This document shows, in pieces, positions 63,765 to 64,000 of a stretch of DNA of 64,000 nt. The stretch comes from Eledone cirrhosa. Its lineage: Eukaryota. The notes under the pieces are model-generated. The model did no database searches and was not told the origin of the DNA. It saw only the letters and a list, made by a program, of their open reading frames with translations. The position numbers and the translations under genes are program-made. The stretch lies in assembly GCA_964016885.1 (NCBI GenBank), contig OZ024749.1:7812001-7876000 (forward strand), in the 5' to 3' direction. Each line of letters starts with the position of its first letter. The stretch's first letter is position 1.

Positions 63765-64000
63765 TATATACAGAGATATATATATATAAAGTTTGGTATG
63801 ACCCTAAACGACATGCGACATGCGGTCTCGAATTGTGCGTACGAAAAGGCTTGCTGGACATACAAGCTGAAACTGCTTGGTTTCTCGGGCGGGATTATAT
63901 CTATCTCAACACACTCACCATCTCAACATTCATTGAGGATTCCCATAATATGTGGTCTCCTCAGTTTCAACGCCGCAGACTCAACCCCCTTTTTCTCTGT

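Overview
Repeat-saturated, AT-rich animal intergenic or heterochromatic DNA. It is probably from an octopod cephalopod, judging only from the SINE and RTE tail types, which I did not check against a database. I see no host protein-coding gene; the many YIYI ORFs are translations of (TA)n arrays. Roughly half the window is interrupted (TA)n microsatellite with mobile elements inserted into it: one full-length decayed CsRn1-clade Ty3/Gypsy element (226-bp LTRs, TACA TSD), three CR1-group LINE families, RTE fragments (one 5'-inverted), C-terminal RLE-endonuclease fragments of R4/Dong-like and CRE-like elements, tRNA-derived SINEs, and many short fold-back Penelope-like pieces. The main finding is a dense set of type I hammerhead ribozyme (HHR) motifs in non-coding inserts. 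A 310-bp HHR-bearing unit forms a 3.2-kb inverted tandem array (42828-46028). Two divergent relatives (6379-6423 and 60985-61029) share its AACA helix-II tetraloop, palindromic helix III and helix-I bulge, with compensatory stem changes. This fits a retrozyme or circular-RNA-like family mobilised into (TA)n. All RNA structures were folded by eye and self-cleavage is untested.
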